This document shows, in pieces, positions 17,153 through 26,763 of a stretch of 64,000 bases of DNA. The position numbers and the translations under genes were made by a program. Source of the DNA: Myxococcota bacterium (GTDB lineage Bacteria > Myxococcota_A > UBA9160 > SMWR01); assembly GCA_035541475.1 (NCBI GenBank), contig DATKND010000025.1, positions 4,377 through 68,376 of the forward strand. The letters are read 5' to 3'. Under the pieces are notes generated by a model. That model ran no database searches and had not been told where the DNA came from. It was given only the letters and a program-made list of their open reading frames with translations. Every line of letters begins with the position of its first letter. Position 1 is the stretch's first letter.

Positions 17153-17923
17153 GTGGCAGACGAACCGCTGATCGCCGTCTTCGTCGACTACGAGAACCTC
17201 GCCATCGGCGTGCGCCAGATGCGCAAAGGCCGCTTCCAGATGGAGCTGGTGCTGCGCCGACTGCTCGAGAAGGGGCGCATCGTCTTCAAGCGCGCCTACT
17301 GCGACTGGAGCAACTACCGCGACGCCGTGCGCGACTTCCACCACCACGGCATCGAGCTCGTCGACATCCCGCAGTCGAAGGCGTCCGGCAAGAACAGCGC
17401 CGACATCCACATGGTCGTCGATGCCCTCGACCTGTGTCACCAGAAGGCGCACATCGACCTCTTCGCGCTCGTCTCCGGCGACAGCGATTTCTCGCCGCTC
17501 GCGGCCAAGCTGAAGGAGAACGACCGGCGCGTGATCGGCTGCGGGGTGAAGGCGTCGACCTCGGACCTGCTGATCGGGAGCTGCGACGAGTTCATCTACT
17601 ACGACGATCTGATCCGGGACGAAGCGGCGCGGCCGAAGCGCCAGAAGAGCCGCACCGCCGAGCCCGAGGACGAGCGCCTCGAGGATGCCGCCGAAAAGGT
17701 GGTCGAGATCGTGCGCTCGCTCGAGCGCGACTACGACCCCGTGTGGGGATCGATGGTGAAGCAGACCATCCGCCGCGTGTACCCCGGCTTCAACGAGGGC
17801 TACTACGGCACCGCCTCCTTCGCCGAGCTGCTCGAGCGTCTCCAGAAGGAGGGCCGCATCGAGCTCGAGTTCGACGAGGGTCGCGGCAACTACGTCGTGC
17901 GATCGCCCGGCCGGAAGCGCTAG
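17153..17923 (+). CDS. NYN (LabA-like) nuclease domain protein with C-terminal OST-HTH/LOTUS domain
   Basis: IAVFVDYENL ... ALVSGDSDFSPL matches the NYN Asp-rich motifs. The C-terminal WGSMVKQTIRRVYPGFNEGYYGTASFAELLERL is OST-HTH-like. Confidence 0.8.
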   Translation: MADEPLIAVFVDYENLAIGVRQMRKGRFQMELVLRRLLEKGRIVFKRAYCDWSNYRDAVRDFHHHGIELVDIPQSKASGKNSADIHMVVDALDLCHQKAHIDLFALVSGDSDFSPLAAKLKENDRRVIGCGVKASTSDLLIGSCDEFIYYDDLIRDEAARPKRQKSRTAEPEDERLEDAAEKVVEIVRSLERDYDPVWGSMVKQTIRRVYPGFNEGYYGTASFAELLERLQKEGRIELEFDEGRGNYVVRSPGRKR

Positions 17924-18696
17924 GAGCGCGCTCCGCGGATCAGCGCGAGCTCGAGCCGGAACTCGTAGGCGCCGTGGCCGCGGATCCCGAACGCGCCTCG
18001 CACCTCGTCGGGGGCTTCGTCGAAGAGAGCCCGAAGTCCCGTGACGGCGCCCGGCGACGTGCCGATCCGCTCGACCCAGGGCTCGAACTCCTGCGTGATC
18101 GTGAAGTGCCCGAGTACCTCCGCCACGAGCCCCACCTCGCGCAGCATGTCGCACCACTGCGTCACCGTGTGATCGCGCACGTGGGACGGATCGCGAAGCA
18201 TCTCGAAGGCGTTGAGGAAGCTGTCCTGCGCGGGATCGTCGGGAGCGACCGCGTCGACCAGCAGGAACGAGCCGCCCGGAGCGAGGACGCGCGCCGCTTC
18301 TCGCAGCACCGCGCGCGGATTCGCGTAGTGGTGCGCCGAGAGCCGCGAGGTGACGCGCTCGAACGAGCCCGCCTCGAATGGGAGCTGCGAGGCGTCGGCG
18401 CGCTCGAAGCGCAGGTTCGAGAGGCCGCGCTCCGCGGTGAGACGTCGCGCGACCTCGAGCATCTCCTCGGTCAGGTCGAGCGCCACGACCTCGCGCGCGT
18501 GCGGCGCGAAGGCGGCGGCCACGTGGCCCGGACCGCAGCCGAGGTCGAGCACGCGCTCGCGCCCCGTGAGCGCCGCGGCGACCAGCATGGCGTCGAGGTC
18601 GGGACCGCCGCGGTGGACGCGGCTCACTGCGTAGGCGGCGGCGGCGCGCCCGAAGCGCTCCTGGATGCGCGACCCGATGGTGTGGCTGGCTTGCAT
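17920..18696 (-). CDS. Class I SAM-dependent methyltransferase
   Basis: SAM-binding motif VLDLGCGPGH. The acidic loop and post-I motifs fit Methyltransf_11 architecture. Confidence 0.85.
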   Translation of the reverse strand: MQASHTIGSRIQERFGRAAAAYAVSRVHRGGPDLDAMLVAAALTGRERVLDLGCGPGHVAAAFAPHAREVVALDLTEEMLEVARRLTAERGLSNLRFERADASQLPFEAGSFERVTSRLSAHHYANPRAVLREAARVLAPGGSFLLVDAVAPDDPAQDSFLNAFEMLRDPSHVRDHTVTQWCDMLREVGLVAEVLGHFTITQEFEPWVERIGTSPGAVTGLRALFDEAPDEVRGAFGIRGHGAYEFRLELALIRGARS

Positions 18697-18730
18697 GGGA
18701 CTCTCCTGCGCGACCCTCGCCGCTTGTTTC

Positions 18731-18761
18731 GTACATCAAAACTATTAATCTAAGTTAACTA
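18731..18761. promoter_or_regulatory. AT-rich divergent promoter/operator region with AGTTAACT palindrome
   Basis: GTACATCAAAACTATTAATCTAAGTTAACTA is a sharp AT-rich island in 70% GC DNA between the methyltransferase and marR. The 8-bp perfect palindrome is at 18753-18760. Confidence 0.45.
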
Positions 18762-19217
18762 ATGCCGCAAGCCCCTTCCCGCGACCGCATCGACTCCGCC
18801 ATCGGCGCGCTGCAGCGCCTGTCCGAGGTCTTCCTCGACCGCCGACGCCAGCTCGCGCGCGAGTCGGGCCTCTCCGAGGCCGAGTGGCGCCTGCTGGAGG
18901 AGATCGCGGCGGAGCGCTTCATGCCCTCGCTCTTCGCCCGGCGCCGCGAGCGCACGGCGGCGGCCGTCTCGCGGGTGCTGCGCGGGCTCGTCGACGCCGG
19001 CCTGATCGCCGCGAGCGTCGGCGAATCCGACGCGCGCCAGCGCGTGTACCGGCTCACGCCGAAGGGCCGCGAGCGCATGGCGAAGCTGCGCGAGCGGCGC
19101 GAGCGCGCGATCGCGGCGATCTGGCGCCGCTTCCCGGCGGCCGATCTCGCCGAGTTCGAGCGCCTGGCAGCCGGGCTCGCCGAGGCGCTCGAGCGCTATG
19201 CCGGCCGCCGCGAATAG
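18762..19217 (+). CDS. MarR family transcriptional regulator
   Basis: About 150 aa with a winged-HTH pattern (GLSEAEWRLLEEI ... RVYRLTPKGRE). Divergent from the methyltransferase. Confidence 0.8.
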   Translation: MPQAPSRDRIDSAIGALQRLSEVFLDRRRQLARESGLSEAEWRLLEEIAAERFMPSLFARRRERTAAAVSRVLRGLVDAGLIAASVGESDARQRVYRLTPKGRERMAKLRERRERAIAAIWRRFPAADLAEFERLAAGLAEALERYAGRRE

Positions 19218-19300
19218 GCGGTCGCGCCGCGCGGGGCGCGCGCGCCGCGGCGACTCGTCGGGCTATGCTCGGCTGCCTTCGGTCCGGAGGCGCGACGCCG

Positions 19301-20923
19301 ATGCGCTGGAATCTCGCCGATCTCTTCGAGCTCGTGGCCGACACCGTCCCGGATCGGCTCGCTCTGGCGCACGGCGCGGGCGGCGTGTCGCGCAGCTGGT
19401 CCGACGTCGAGCGCCGCACCAACACGCTCGCGCGTCATCTGACGGAGCGCCACGCGCCCGGCGACAAGCTCGCGATCTACTCCTACAACCGTCCGGAGTA
19501 CGTCGAGGCGCTGATCGGCGCGGTCAAGGCGCGGCTCGCGCCGGTGAACGTGAACTACCGCTATCGCGAGGACGAGCTCCACTACCTCTTCGACAACGCG
19601 GACGCGACCGTGGTCGTCTACGAGGCGTCGTTCGCGCCGCTCGTGGCGGGCCTGCGCCCGCGGCTCCCGAAGGTGCGCGAATGGATCGAGCTCGACGACG
19701 GCGCCTCCGGAAACGCCTTCGCGGTCCCCTACGAAGAGGTCGCCGTGGGAGACGGCGCGCGTCTCCGGATCGCGCGCAGCCCGGACGACCTGCTGCTCCT
19801 CTACACCGGCGGCACCACCGGCATGCCGAAGGGCGTGATGTGGACGCAGGCCGCCGTCTTCGAGGCGCTCGGCGGCGGCGGTATTCCGGCGCTCGGACAG
19901 CCGCCGTCGGGCTCGGTCGAGGAGCAGCGCGAGCGCATCGCGAGCGGGGGTTCGATGCGACTGCTCCCCGCCTGCCCGCTGATGCACGGCACGGGGCAGT
20001 TCACCGCGATCAACGCGCTGACCGGCGGCGGCGCGATCGTCACCTGCGACGGACACTCCTTCGATCCGGACGCGCTCTTCGCGACGGTGTCCGCGCGCGG
20101 CGTTCAGGCGATCGCGATCGTCGGAGATGCCTTCGCGAAGCCGATGCTGCGCGCGCTCGACGAGAGCCCTCGACACGATCTCTCCCCGCTCCGCCTGATC
20201 GTGTCGTCGGGCGTCATGTGGTCGCCCGCGGTGAAGCAGGGTCTGCTGCGGCACCTGCCGCAGGTGCTGCTGATGGATAGCTTCGGCTCGAGCGAGGCGG
20301 TCGGCTTCGGAACCGAGCTGACCACGAAGAGCTCGAGTGTGCGTCTCGGGCAGTTCCGCCTCGGCCCGAACTGCAAGGTGTTCACGCCCGACGGCCGCGA
20401 GGTGGAGCCGGGCAGCGGCGAAGAGGGCTTCGTCGCGCGAAGCGGCGCGATCCCGGAGGGCTACTACAAGGACGAGAAGAAGAGCGCCGAGACGTTCCGG
20501 GTGATCGGCGGGCGTCGCTGGTCGATCCCCGGCGACTGGTGCACGGTCAACGCGGACGGGACGCTCGAGCTACACGGCCGCGGGTCGGTGTGCATCAACA
20601 GCGGCGGCGAGAAGATCTTCCCCGAGGAGGTGGAGGAGACGCTGAAGCTCCATCCTTCGGTGTCGGACGCGGTGGTCGTCGGTCTGCCCGATGAGCGCTG
20701 GGGCGAGGCGGTGACGGCGCTCGTCGAGCTCCACCGCGGCGCGCGCGCCGACGTCGCGGAGCTGCGCGAGTTCGTGAAGCAACGCCTCGCCGCCTACAAG
20801 ACGCCGAAGGCGATCGCGCTCGTGCCGAGCATCGGCCGCGCGCCGTCGGGGAAGGTGGACTACAAGGCCGCCAGGAAGCGCGTTCAGGAGGCGATCGCCG
20901 CCGGCGAAGCGCCGTCCGCCTAA
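19301..20923 (+). CDS. Acyl-CoA synthetase (AMP-forming, FadD-like)
   Basis: GGAGG lies 10 nt before ATG 19301. AMP-binding motif LLYTGGTTGMPKGV. The C-terminal GEKIFPEEVE and YKTPK motifs are present. Confidence 0.9.
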   Translation: MRWNLADLFELVADTVPDRLALAHGAGGVSRSWSDVERRTNTLARHLTERHAPGDKLAIYSYNRPEYVEALIGAVKARLAPVNVNYRYREDELHYLFDNADATVVVYEASFAPLVAGLRPRLPKVREWIELDDGASGNAFAVPYEEVAVGDGARLRIARSPDDLLLLYTGGTTGMPKGVMWTQAAVFEALGGGGIPALGQPPSGSVEEQRERIASGGSMRLLPACPLMHGTGQFTAINALTGGGAIVTCDGHSFDPDALFATVSARGVQAIAIVGDAFAKPMLRALDESPRHDLSPLRLIVSSGVMWSPAVKQGLLRHLPQVLLMDSFGSSEAVGFGTELTTKSSSVRLGQFRLGPNCKVFTPDGREVEPGSGEEGFVARSGAIPEGYYKDEKKSAETFRVIGGRRWSIPGDWCTVNADGTLELHGRGSVCINSGGEKIFPEEVEETLKLHPSVSDAVVVGLPDERWGEAVTALVELHRGARADVAELREFVKQRLAAYKTPKAIALVPSIGRAPSGKVDYKAARKRVQEAIAAGEAPSA

Positions 20924-21732
20924 CGACCCTTGAAGCGCGGCGCGCGCTTCTCGCCGAACGCCTTGACCGCCTCCACGTAGTCTTCGGTGAAGGCGCCCGC
21001 GACCATTCGCTCCGCCTCCTCGTCGAGGCACGACTCGAGCGGCGCCACGAGCGCGAGATTCAGGTTCTGCTTCATGTAGCGAAGCGCGATCGGCGGACCG
21101 GCGGCGATCTGACGCGCGAGCTCCTGCGCGTCCGACGCAAGCGAGGCGTCCGGCACCACCCGGTTCGCGATCCCGAGCCGCAGACACTCGATCGCGTCGA
21201 GGCGCGCCGCCGTGAAGAGCAGCTCGCGCGCCTTCGCAGTGCCGACCAGGCGCGTCAGGAACCAGCTCGCGCCGTAATCGCCCGAGAGCCCGAGCCGCGC
21301 GTAGGCCGTGGTGACGAAGGCGCTCTCGGCGAGCACGCGCAAGTCGCAGGCGAGCGCGAGCGCGAAGCCAGCGCCCGCCGCCGGACCCGGTAGCGCGGCC
21401 AGGGTCGGCTTCGGCATGCGATGGAGCGCCGCCGGGATCTCGTGCTCGCGCCGCAACATCGCGACGCGCGGCTCGCGCTCCGTCGGCGGCCCCTGCGCCA
21501 TGACCTTCGTGTCGCCGCCTGCGCAGAAGGCGCCGCCCGAGCCGGTCAGCAGCACGCAGCCGACCTCGCGATCGTTCGCGAGCGCGGGGAGCAGCGCGCG
21601 CAGCGCGTCCTTCATGCCGAGGGTGAGCGCGTTGCGCGCGTCGGGTCGGTGCAAGGTCACGACCGCCACGCGAGCCTCGACGTGACAGAGGATCTCGTCG
21701 CTGCCCGTCTCGACCCGGCGTCGGTCGCTCAT
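20920..21732 (-). CDS. Enoyl-CoA hydratase/isomerase family protein
   Basis: GGAGG lies 5 nt before ATG 21732. Crotonase fold signature VLLTGSGGAFCAGGD. Confidence 0.9.
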   Translation of the reverse strand: MSDRRRVETGSDEILCHVEARVAVVTLHRPDARNALTLGMKDALRALLPALANDREVGCVLLTGSGGAFCAGGDTKVMAQGPPTEREPRVAMLRREHEIPAALHRMPKPTLAALPGPAAGAGFALALACDLRVLAESAFVTTAYARLGLSGDYGASWFLTRLVGTAKARELLFTAARLDAIECLRLGIANRVVPDASLASDAQELARQIAAGPPIALRYMKQNLNLALVAPLESCLDEEAERMVAGAFTEDYVEAVKAFGEKRAPRFKGR

Positions 21733-21835
21733 CGGCACCTCCGAGCGCGAGACCCTATCACGGAGCCCACGCGCGGCGCCGGGCTTGCGCGCCCTGCGCG
21801 CGAGGACCTACACCCTGCGCTCGACGGAGGAACGC

Positions 21836-22705
21836 ATGGGTTTGCCGGAACCGCCGGAGCTCGGCGCGACGGCGCTGCCGAAGGGCAGCTTCACCGGGCA
21901 GGTGGTGCTCGTGACGGGCGGCGGCACGGGGCTCGGCAAGGCGATCGCCGTCGAGTTCGCGCGGCTCGGCGCCGGCGTCGCGATCTACTCGCGCAGCGCC
22001 GAGCATCTCGAGCGCGGCCGCGAGGCGATCGAGGCCGCGGGCGCGCGCGCGCTCGCGCTGCAGGGCGATGTGCGTCAGCCCGACCAGATCGCGGCGGCAT
22101 TCGACGCGCTCGGCGCGGCCTTCGGGCTTCCCGACGTGCTCGTGAACAACGCGGCCGGGAACTTCCCCGTGCCCGCCGAGGACATGAGCGCGAACGCGTG
22201 GCGCTCCGTCGTCGACATCGTGCTGAACGGGACCTTCTTCTGCTCGCGCGAGTTCGGGCGGCGCCATCTCGCCGCGGGGCGCCCGGGCGTGATTCTCAAC
22301 GTCGGGGCGAGCTACGCGTGGACAGGAGGACCTGGCTTCGCGCACTCGGCCGCGAGCAAGGCCGGCGTGAAGAACATGACCGAGACGCTCGCGGTCGAGT
22401 GGGGCCCGTACGGAATCCGCGTGAACGGGCTCGTGCCGGGGCTCATGCCGCACGAGGACGAAGTGGCGGCGATCCGCGCGGTGCCCGAGCGCCGCAAGAG
22501 CGACGGACTGCGGAGTCCCGCCGGGCGCGTCGGCTACCCGCGCGAGCTCGGCTGGGCCGCGACGTTCCTCGCGTCTCCCTACGCGGCCTACATCAGCGGA
22601 CACACGCTCGTGGTCGACGGCGCGAACTGGCAGCGACGCGCGATGCTGATGCCCGAGTTCGTGCCGATCCGCGAGCAGCTCGGCAAGGGTCCGTTCCAGC
22701 CGTGA
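21836..22705 (+). CDS. 2,4-dienoyl-CoA reductase-like short-chain dehydrogenase
   Basis: GGAGG precedes ATG 21836. VTGGGTGLGKA, NNAAGNF, NAWRSVVDIVLNGTF and SASKAGV match the DECR-type SDR pattern. Confidence 0.8.
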   Translation: MGLPEPPELGATALPKGSFTGQVVLVTGGGTGLGKAIAVEFARLGAGVAIYSRSAEHLERGREAIEAAGARALALQGDVRQPDQIAAAFDALGAAFGLPDVLVNNAAGNFPVPAEDMSANAWRSVVDIVLNGTFFCSREFGRRHLAAGRPGVILNVGASYAWTGGPGFAHSAASKAGVKNMTETLAVEWGPYGIRVNGLVPGLMPHEDEVAAIRAVPERRKSDGLRSPAGRVGYPRELGWAATFLASPYAAYISGHTLVVDGANWQRRAMLMPEFVPIREQLGKGPFQP

Positions 22706-23517
22706 CGACGTCCGGCGCGCCCGTGCTGATCCGGATCGAGATCGAGCCGCCGCTCGCGACGCTCGTGCTCGACCGGCCGGACAAGCTCAACGCCTGGAGC
22801 TGGGAGTCGGCGCGACAGCTCGCGGCGCACGCCGACGCGCTTCGCTTCGACGACCGCGTGCGCGTCGTGCTCCTGCGCGCGGAGGGCCGCGCCTTCTGCG
22901 CCGGCGTCGACCTCGGCATGCCGTCCGACCGCATCACCGGCCGCTCGCCCGCCGAGAAGTCGCGCAACTACAACGAGCGCTTCCGCTGGGTGCACGAACG
23001 CTTCCGTGTGTTCTCCGAACTGCCGCAGCCCGTGCTGGTGGCGATCCACGGCTACTGCCTCGGCGCGGGTCTCGAGGTCGCGATGATGGGCGACGTGCGC
23101 ATCGCGGCCGACGACGCGCGCTTCGGCCTGCCCGAGTCGCGCGTCGGTGTCGGGATCGACGCGGGCGCCGACCTGCGGCTGGTGACCGAGATCGGCGCCG
23201 GCTGGACGAAGCTGCTCGCCTTCACGGGCCGCCGCATCGACGCCGAGACGGCGCTGCGCATCGGCATCGTGCAGGAGGTCGTGCCGCGCGAGGCGCTGAC
23301 CTCGCACGTGCGAGCGCTGGCCGCGGAGATCGCGGCGAACGCGCCACTCGCCGTGCAGACGATCAAGCGCACGATCAACTACCGCGCCGCGCAGGGCCTC
23401 GCGGAGGCGCTCGCCTACGAGGCCGCAAGCGCGTCTTCGCTCTTCGTGTCCGACGACATGGCGAAGGGCTACGCGGCGATGGCGGAGAAGCGGGATCCTG
23501 GCTTCGAGGGGAAATAG
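22702..23517 (+). CDS. Enoyl-CoA hydratase/isomerase family protein
   Basis: GTGA overlap with the upstream stop. LRAEGRAFCAGVDL crotonase signature. Confidence 0.85.
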   Translation: MTTSGAPVLIRIEIEPPLATLVLDRPDKLNAWSWESARQLAAHADALRFDDRVRVVLLRAEGRAFCAGVDLGMPSDRITGRSPAEKSRNYNERFRWVHERFRVFSELPQPVLVAIHGYCLGAGLEVAMMGDVRIAADDARFGLPESRVGVGIDAGADLRLVTEIGAGWTKLLAFTGRRIDAETALRIGIVQEVVPREALTSHVRALAAEIAANAPLAVQTIKRTINYRAAQGLAEALAYEAASASSLFVSDDMAKGYAAMAEKRDPGFEGK

Positions 23518-23563
23518 CGCCCAACGAGCATCGAGCTCCATCGAACCGGGTCGGCCTTCTGAA

Positions 23564-23604
23564 CTTCGCTCGCCTGCGGCTCGCTGCGCGCCGCCTTCGG
23601 CGGC
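23564..23604 (+). repeat. GC-rich intergenic repeat, copy R1 (27-nt box plus hairpin)
   Basis: CTTCGCTCGCCTGCGGCTCGCTGCGCG followed by hairpin GCCGCC-TTC-GGCGGC. Lies between convergent stops 23517 and 23608. Confidence 0.8.
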
Positions 23605-23607
23605 TTG

Positions 23608-24756
23608 CTATTCCAGCCCGAGTCTTCGCGCGATGATCACCTTCATGATCTCGTTCGTGCCCGCGTAGATCGACTGCACCGCAGCATCGGCGTAGTCGCC
23701 CGAGATCGGGTACTCGGTCATGAAGCCGTAGCCGCCGTGGAGCTGCAGGCACTCCGAGGTCAGTCGCTTCTGCAGGTCGGTGGTCCAGAACTTCGCCATG
23801 CTGACCTCGGTCACGATGTCGTCGCCGCGCACGTGCGCGGCGAGCAGCTTGTCGACGAAGGCCTGCCCGATCTCGACCTCCGCCGCGAGCTCGGCGAGCT
23901 TGAACTGCGTGTTCTGGAACGCGGCGATCGGGCGGCCGAAGGCGCGGCGCTCGCGCACGTAGGCGATCGTGTCGTCGAGGGCGCGGCGGCACGACGCCAT
24001 CGAGCTGACGCCGATACAGAGGCGCTCCTGCTGGAGCTGCGCCATCAACATCTTGAAGCCCTGCCCCTCGCGGCCGAGCCGATTCGAGACGGGCACGCGG
24101 CAGTCCTCGAAGGAGAGCTCGCTCGTGTCCTGGCCCTTCAGCCCGAGCTTTTCGAGGTTGCGGCCGCGACGGAAGCCCGGCCGGTCGCCCTCGACCAGGA
24201 TCAGGCTGATGCCGTCGTGCGGCGGACGCGCGTCCGGATCGGTCTTCGCGACGACGATCACGAGGTCGGCGATCTGGCCGTTCGAGATGAAGGTCTTGGC
24301 GCCGTTCAATACGTAGTGGTCGCCGTCGCGCAGCGCGCGCGTCTGCACGTTCGCGAGGTCGGAGCCCGTTCCCGGCTCGGTCATCGCGATGGCGAGGATG
24401 ATCTCGCCGGAGATCGCGCCGGGAAGGAAGCGCTGCTTCTGCTCGGGTGATCCGTATGCGACGAGATACGGAATGCAGATGTCGGAGTGCAGCGACATCA
24501 TCAGCGCGTGTGCGCGCACGCGCGCGAACTCCTCCATCACGATCGCGTCGAAGAGGAAATCGCCGCCCGCTCCACCGTACTCCTCGGGCGCGTGCGCGCC
24601 GAGGTATCCGGCCGCACCGACTTTCCGCCAGGTATCGCGGTCGCTCATCCGGTTGCGGTTCCACTCCGCGACCTTCGGCGCGATCTCCGCCTCGACGAAG
24701 CGCCGCACCTGACCGCGGAACAGCTCGTGCTCTTCGCTGAAGATCTCCCTGCGCAT
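23608..24756 (-). CDS. Acyl-CoA dehydrogenase
   Basis: GAGGAGG precedes ATG 24756. AMTEPGTGSDL, YVLNGAKTFISNG and QLHGGYGF motifs are present. Confidence 0.92.
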   Translation of the reverse strand: MRREIFSEEHELFRGQVRRFVEAEIAPKVAEWNRNRMSDRDTWRKVGAAGYLGAHAPEEYGGAGGDFLFDAIVMEEFARVRAHALMMSLHSDICIPYLVAYGSPEQKQRFLPGAISGEIILAIAMTEPGTGSDLANVQTRALRDGDHYVLNGAKTFISNGQIADLVIVVAKTDPDARPPHDGISLILVEGDRPGFRRGRNLEKLGLKGQDTSELSFEDCRVPVSNRLGREGQGFKMLMAQLQQERLCIGVSSMASCRRALDDTIAYVRERRAFGRPIAAFQNTQFKLAELAAEVEIGQAFVDKLLAAHVRGDDIVTEVSMAKFWTTDLQKRLTSECLQLHGGYGFMTEYPISGDYADAAVQSIYAGTNEIMKVIIARRLGLE

Positions 24757-25007
24757 GGCGCCTCCTCGCGCGGACATCGGCCGAGAGTACGGCGGTCTCG
24801 TTCCCTCCGCGCGGCGAGCTGGATCGGTCGCCGAGGAGTTCCCAAGATGAAAGTATGCGATCCCCGTGGGGCCCACATTGACAAGGGTCGGGGTGCCCTG
24901 CAGTCTCCCCGCCCGCCCCCTGCCGCACGCAAACCGCCGGCGCCCGAGCCGGCAAGACGTCGTCGCATCGCCTCCGCGCAGCGGGCAGGATTCCGCGATA
25001 CCCCCCA

Positions 25008-25775
25008 ATGAAGGCCATCGTGCTGAGCGCCGGCCAGGGGCGGCGGTTGCTGCCCCGCACTTGCCAGGTTCCAAAGTGCCTGCTCGCCCTCGACGGCGAA
25101 CGCAGCGTTCTCCAGCTCCAGCTCGAAACCCTCGCGCGCTGCGGGATCACGGAGGCGCTCGTCGTGACCGGATTCGGTGCCGAGCGGGTCCACGCCCATC
25201 TGGCCGAGCGGCGTACCCCGGGGATCCGGGTGGCGACGATCTTCAACCCGTTCTACGGCACCAGCGACAATCTGATCTCGTGCTGGCTGTCTCGAACCGC
25301 GATGAACGATGACTTCCTGCTCCTGAATGGCGATACGGTGTTCGAGGACGGTGTCCTGCTGCGCCTTCTCGGCTCGGTCCACGACCCTCTGACCGTGACC
25401 GTCGATCACAAGCGCCACTACGACGACGACGACATGAAGGTCGCGCTCGACGGGTCGGGACGAGTGATGGCGATCGGCAAGCAGCTCCCCGCGGACGCCG
25501 TCGGCGCAGAGGCAATCGGCCTGATCGCTTTCGCGGGATCGGGCCCGAAGCTCTTCATCGAAGGGCTCGAGCGCGCGGTCCGGCGACCCGATGCAAACCG
25601 CTGCTGGTACCTGTCCGTCGTACACGAGCTGGCTGAAGAAGACGGGGTGGTGGGAACGGCGTCGGTCCGCGGGCTCTGGTGGCGCGAGATCGACGCGGAC
25701 GAAGACCTCCTGCTGGCGCGCGAGGAATGGCTCGGCCGGGCCGCCCTCACGGGTCCAGTGGGGGCGCAAGCGTAG
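25008..25775 (+). CDS. Sugar-phosphate nucleotidyltransferase (LicC / IPCT-like cytidylyltransferase family)
   Basis: MKAIVLSAGQGRRLLP...PKCLL N-terminal signature. LLLNGDTVF. The C-terminal WWREIDADEDL is typical of LicC-like enzymes. Confidence 0.8.
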   Translation: MKAIVLSAGQGRRLLPRTCQVPKCLLALDGERSVLQLQLETLARCGITEALVVTGFGAERVHAHLAERRTPGIRVATIFNPFYGTSDNLISCWLSRTAMNDDFLLLNGDTVFEDGVLLRLLGSVHDPLTVTVDHKRHYDDDDMKVALDGSGRVMAIGKQLPADAVGAEAIGLIAFAGSGPKLFIEGLERAVRRPDANRCWYLSVVHELAEEDGVVGTASVRGLWWREIDADEDLLLAREEWLGRAALTGPVGAQA

Positions 25776-25877
25776 GATTTTCATCCCAGACCGAGGGGCA
25801 AAAGGTCCACCCGGGGGGCAAGCACTTGGGTTCGGACTCGTCAGGGCCGATCAACCTCGCTATTCACCGGGACCAAC

Positions 25878-25885
25878 GGGGGGGG
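25878..25885 (+). repeat. G8 homopolymer 2 nt upstream of the kdsA start
   Basis: GGGGGGGG-AA-ATGATG. Probably doubles as the SD. Confidence 0.9.
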
Positions 25886-25887
25886 AA

Positions 25888-26703
25888 ATGATGCGGGTAG
25901 GGGACATCACGATCGGTGGCGGCGCGCCGCTGGTCCTCATCTCCGGCCTGAACGTTCTCGAGACGCTCGACGGTGCGCTGTTCTGCGCCGAGGCCGTGCG
26001 AGAGATCGCGGACCGACACGGTCTGCCGGCGATCTTCAAAGCGTCCTTCGACAAGGCCAATCGCTCGAGCCGCGACTCGTATCGCGGTCCGGGGCTCGAC
26101 CTCGGCCTTCGCATGCTGGAGCAGGTGAAGGATCAGGTCGGCATCGCGGTCACGACGGACGTCCACGAGCCCGGCCAGGCAAAGATGGTCGCCGAGGTCG
26201 CGGACCTCCTTCAGGTGCCGTCGTTTCTGTCCCGCCAGACGGATCTCGTGGCGGCATGTGCGGGGACCGGTCGCCCGCTGAACATGAAGAAGGGGCAGTT
26301 CATGGGCCCCTCCGACGCCGCGCTCGCGGCGCGCAAGGCGATCAGCTTCGGCGCGAGCGGCGTGATGCTGACCGAGCGCGGCACGAGCTTCGGCTACCAC
26401 GACCTGATCGTCGACCTGCGGGGCCTCGTGCTGATGCGCGAGACGGTTCCGGTCTGCCTCGACGCGACCCACGCGACCCAGCATCCGGGCGCCGGCCGGG
26501 GCGCGAGCAGCGGCGACCGCCGCTTCGTGTCCCCGCTGGCGCGGGCCGCCGCCGCGGTCGGGGTGGACGCGCTCTTCATCGAGACGCACCCCGAGCCGGA
26601 GAAGGCGCCCTGCGATGGGGCCTGCCAGATCCGCCCCGCGGACCTCGACCGCCTCGTCGCGGACGTGTGCGCGATCCGAGGCGTCCTCGAGACCCGACGC
26701 TAG
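25888..26703 (+). CDS. kdsA: 3-deoxy-8-phosphooctulonate (Kdo-8-P) synthase
   Basis: Collinear with E. coli KdsA: GLNVLE, FKASFDKANRSS..SYRGPG, TDVHEP, QVPSFLSRQTDL, DATHATQ, FIETHPEP..APCDG. The Asn in GLNVLE suggests the metal-independent class. Confidence 0.92.
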   Translation: MMRVGDITIGGGAPLVLISGLNVLETLDGALFCAEAVREIADRHGLPAIFKASFDKANRSSRDSYRGPGLDLGLRMLEQVKDQVGIAVTTDVHEPGQAKMVAEVADLLQVPSFLSRQTDLVAACAGTGRPLNMKKGQFMGPSDAALAARKAISFGASGVMLTERGTSFGYHDLIVDLRGLVLMRETVPVCLDATHATQHPGAGRGASSGDRRFVSPLARAAAAVGVDALFIETHPEPEKAPCDGACQIRPADLDRLVADVCAIRGVLETRR

Positions 26704-26763
26704 GCGGGTGATCGCACCGCTCCAGCGCCTCGCGACCTCGCGGCGCTCGAGCGCGGGCCGCGC

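Noticed and set aside
24878-24906. TTGACA hexamer upstream of the lipid cluster as a candidate -35 element.
   Set aside because: The sequence 17 nt downstream (CAGTCT) is a poor -10 element. A single hexamer match in 250 nt is expected by chance.
25888-26703. The idea that this KdsA-like protein is a divergent paralogue with a new substrate.
   Set aside because: All KdsA motifs that I can check are canonical, so the protein itself looks like a normal Kdo-8-P synthase. Only its gene context is unusual, and that is treated as a finding.
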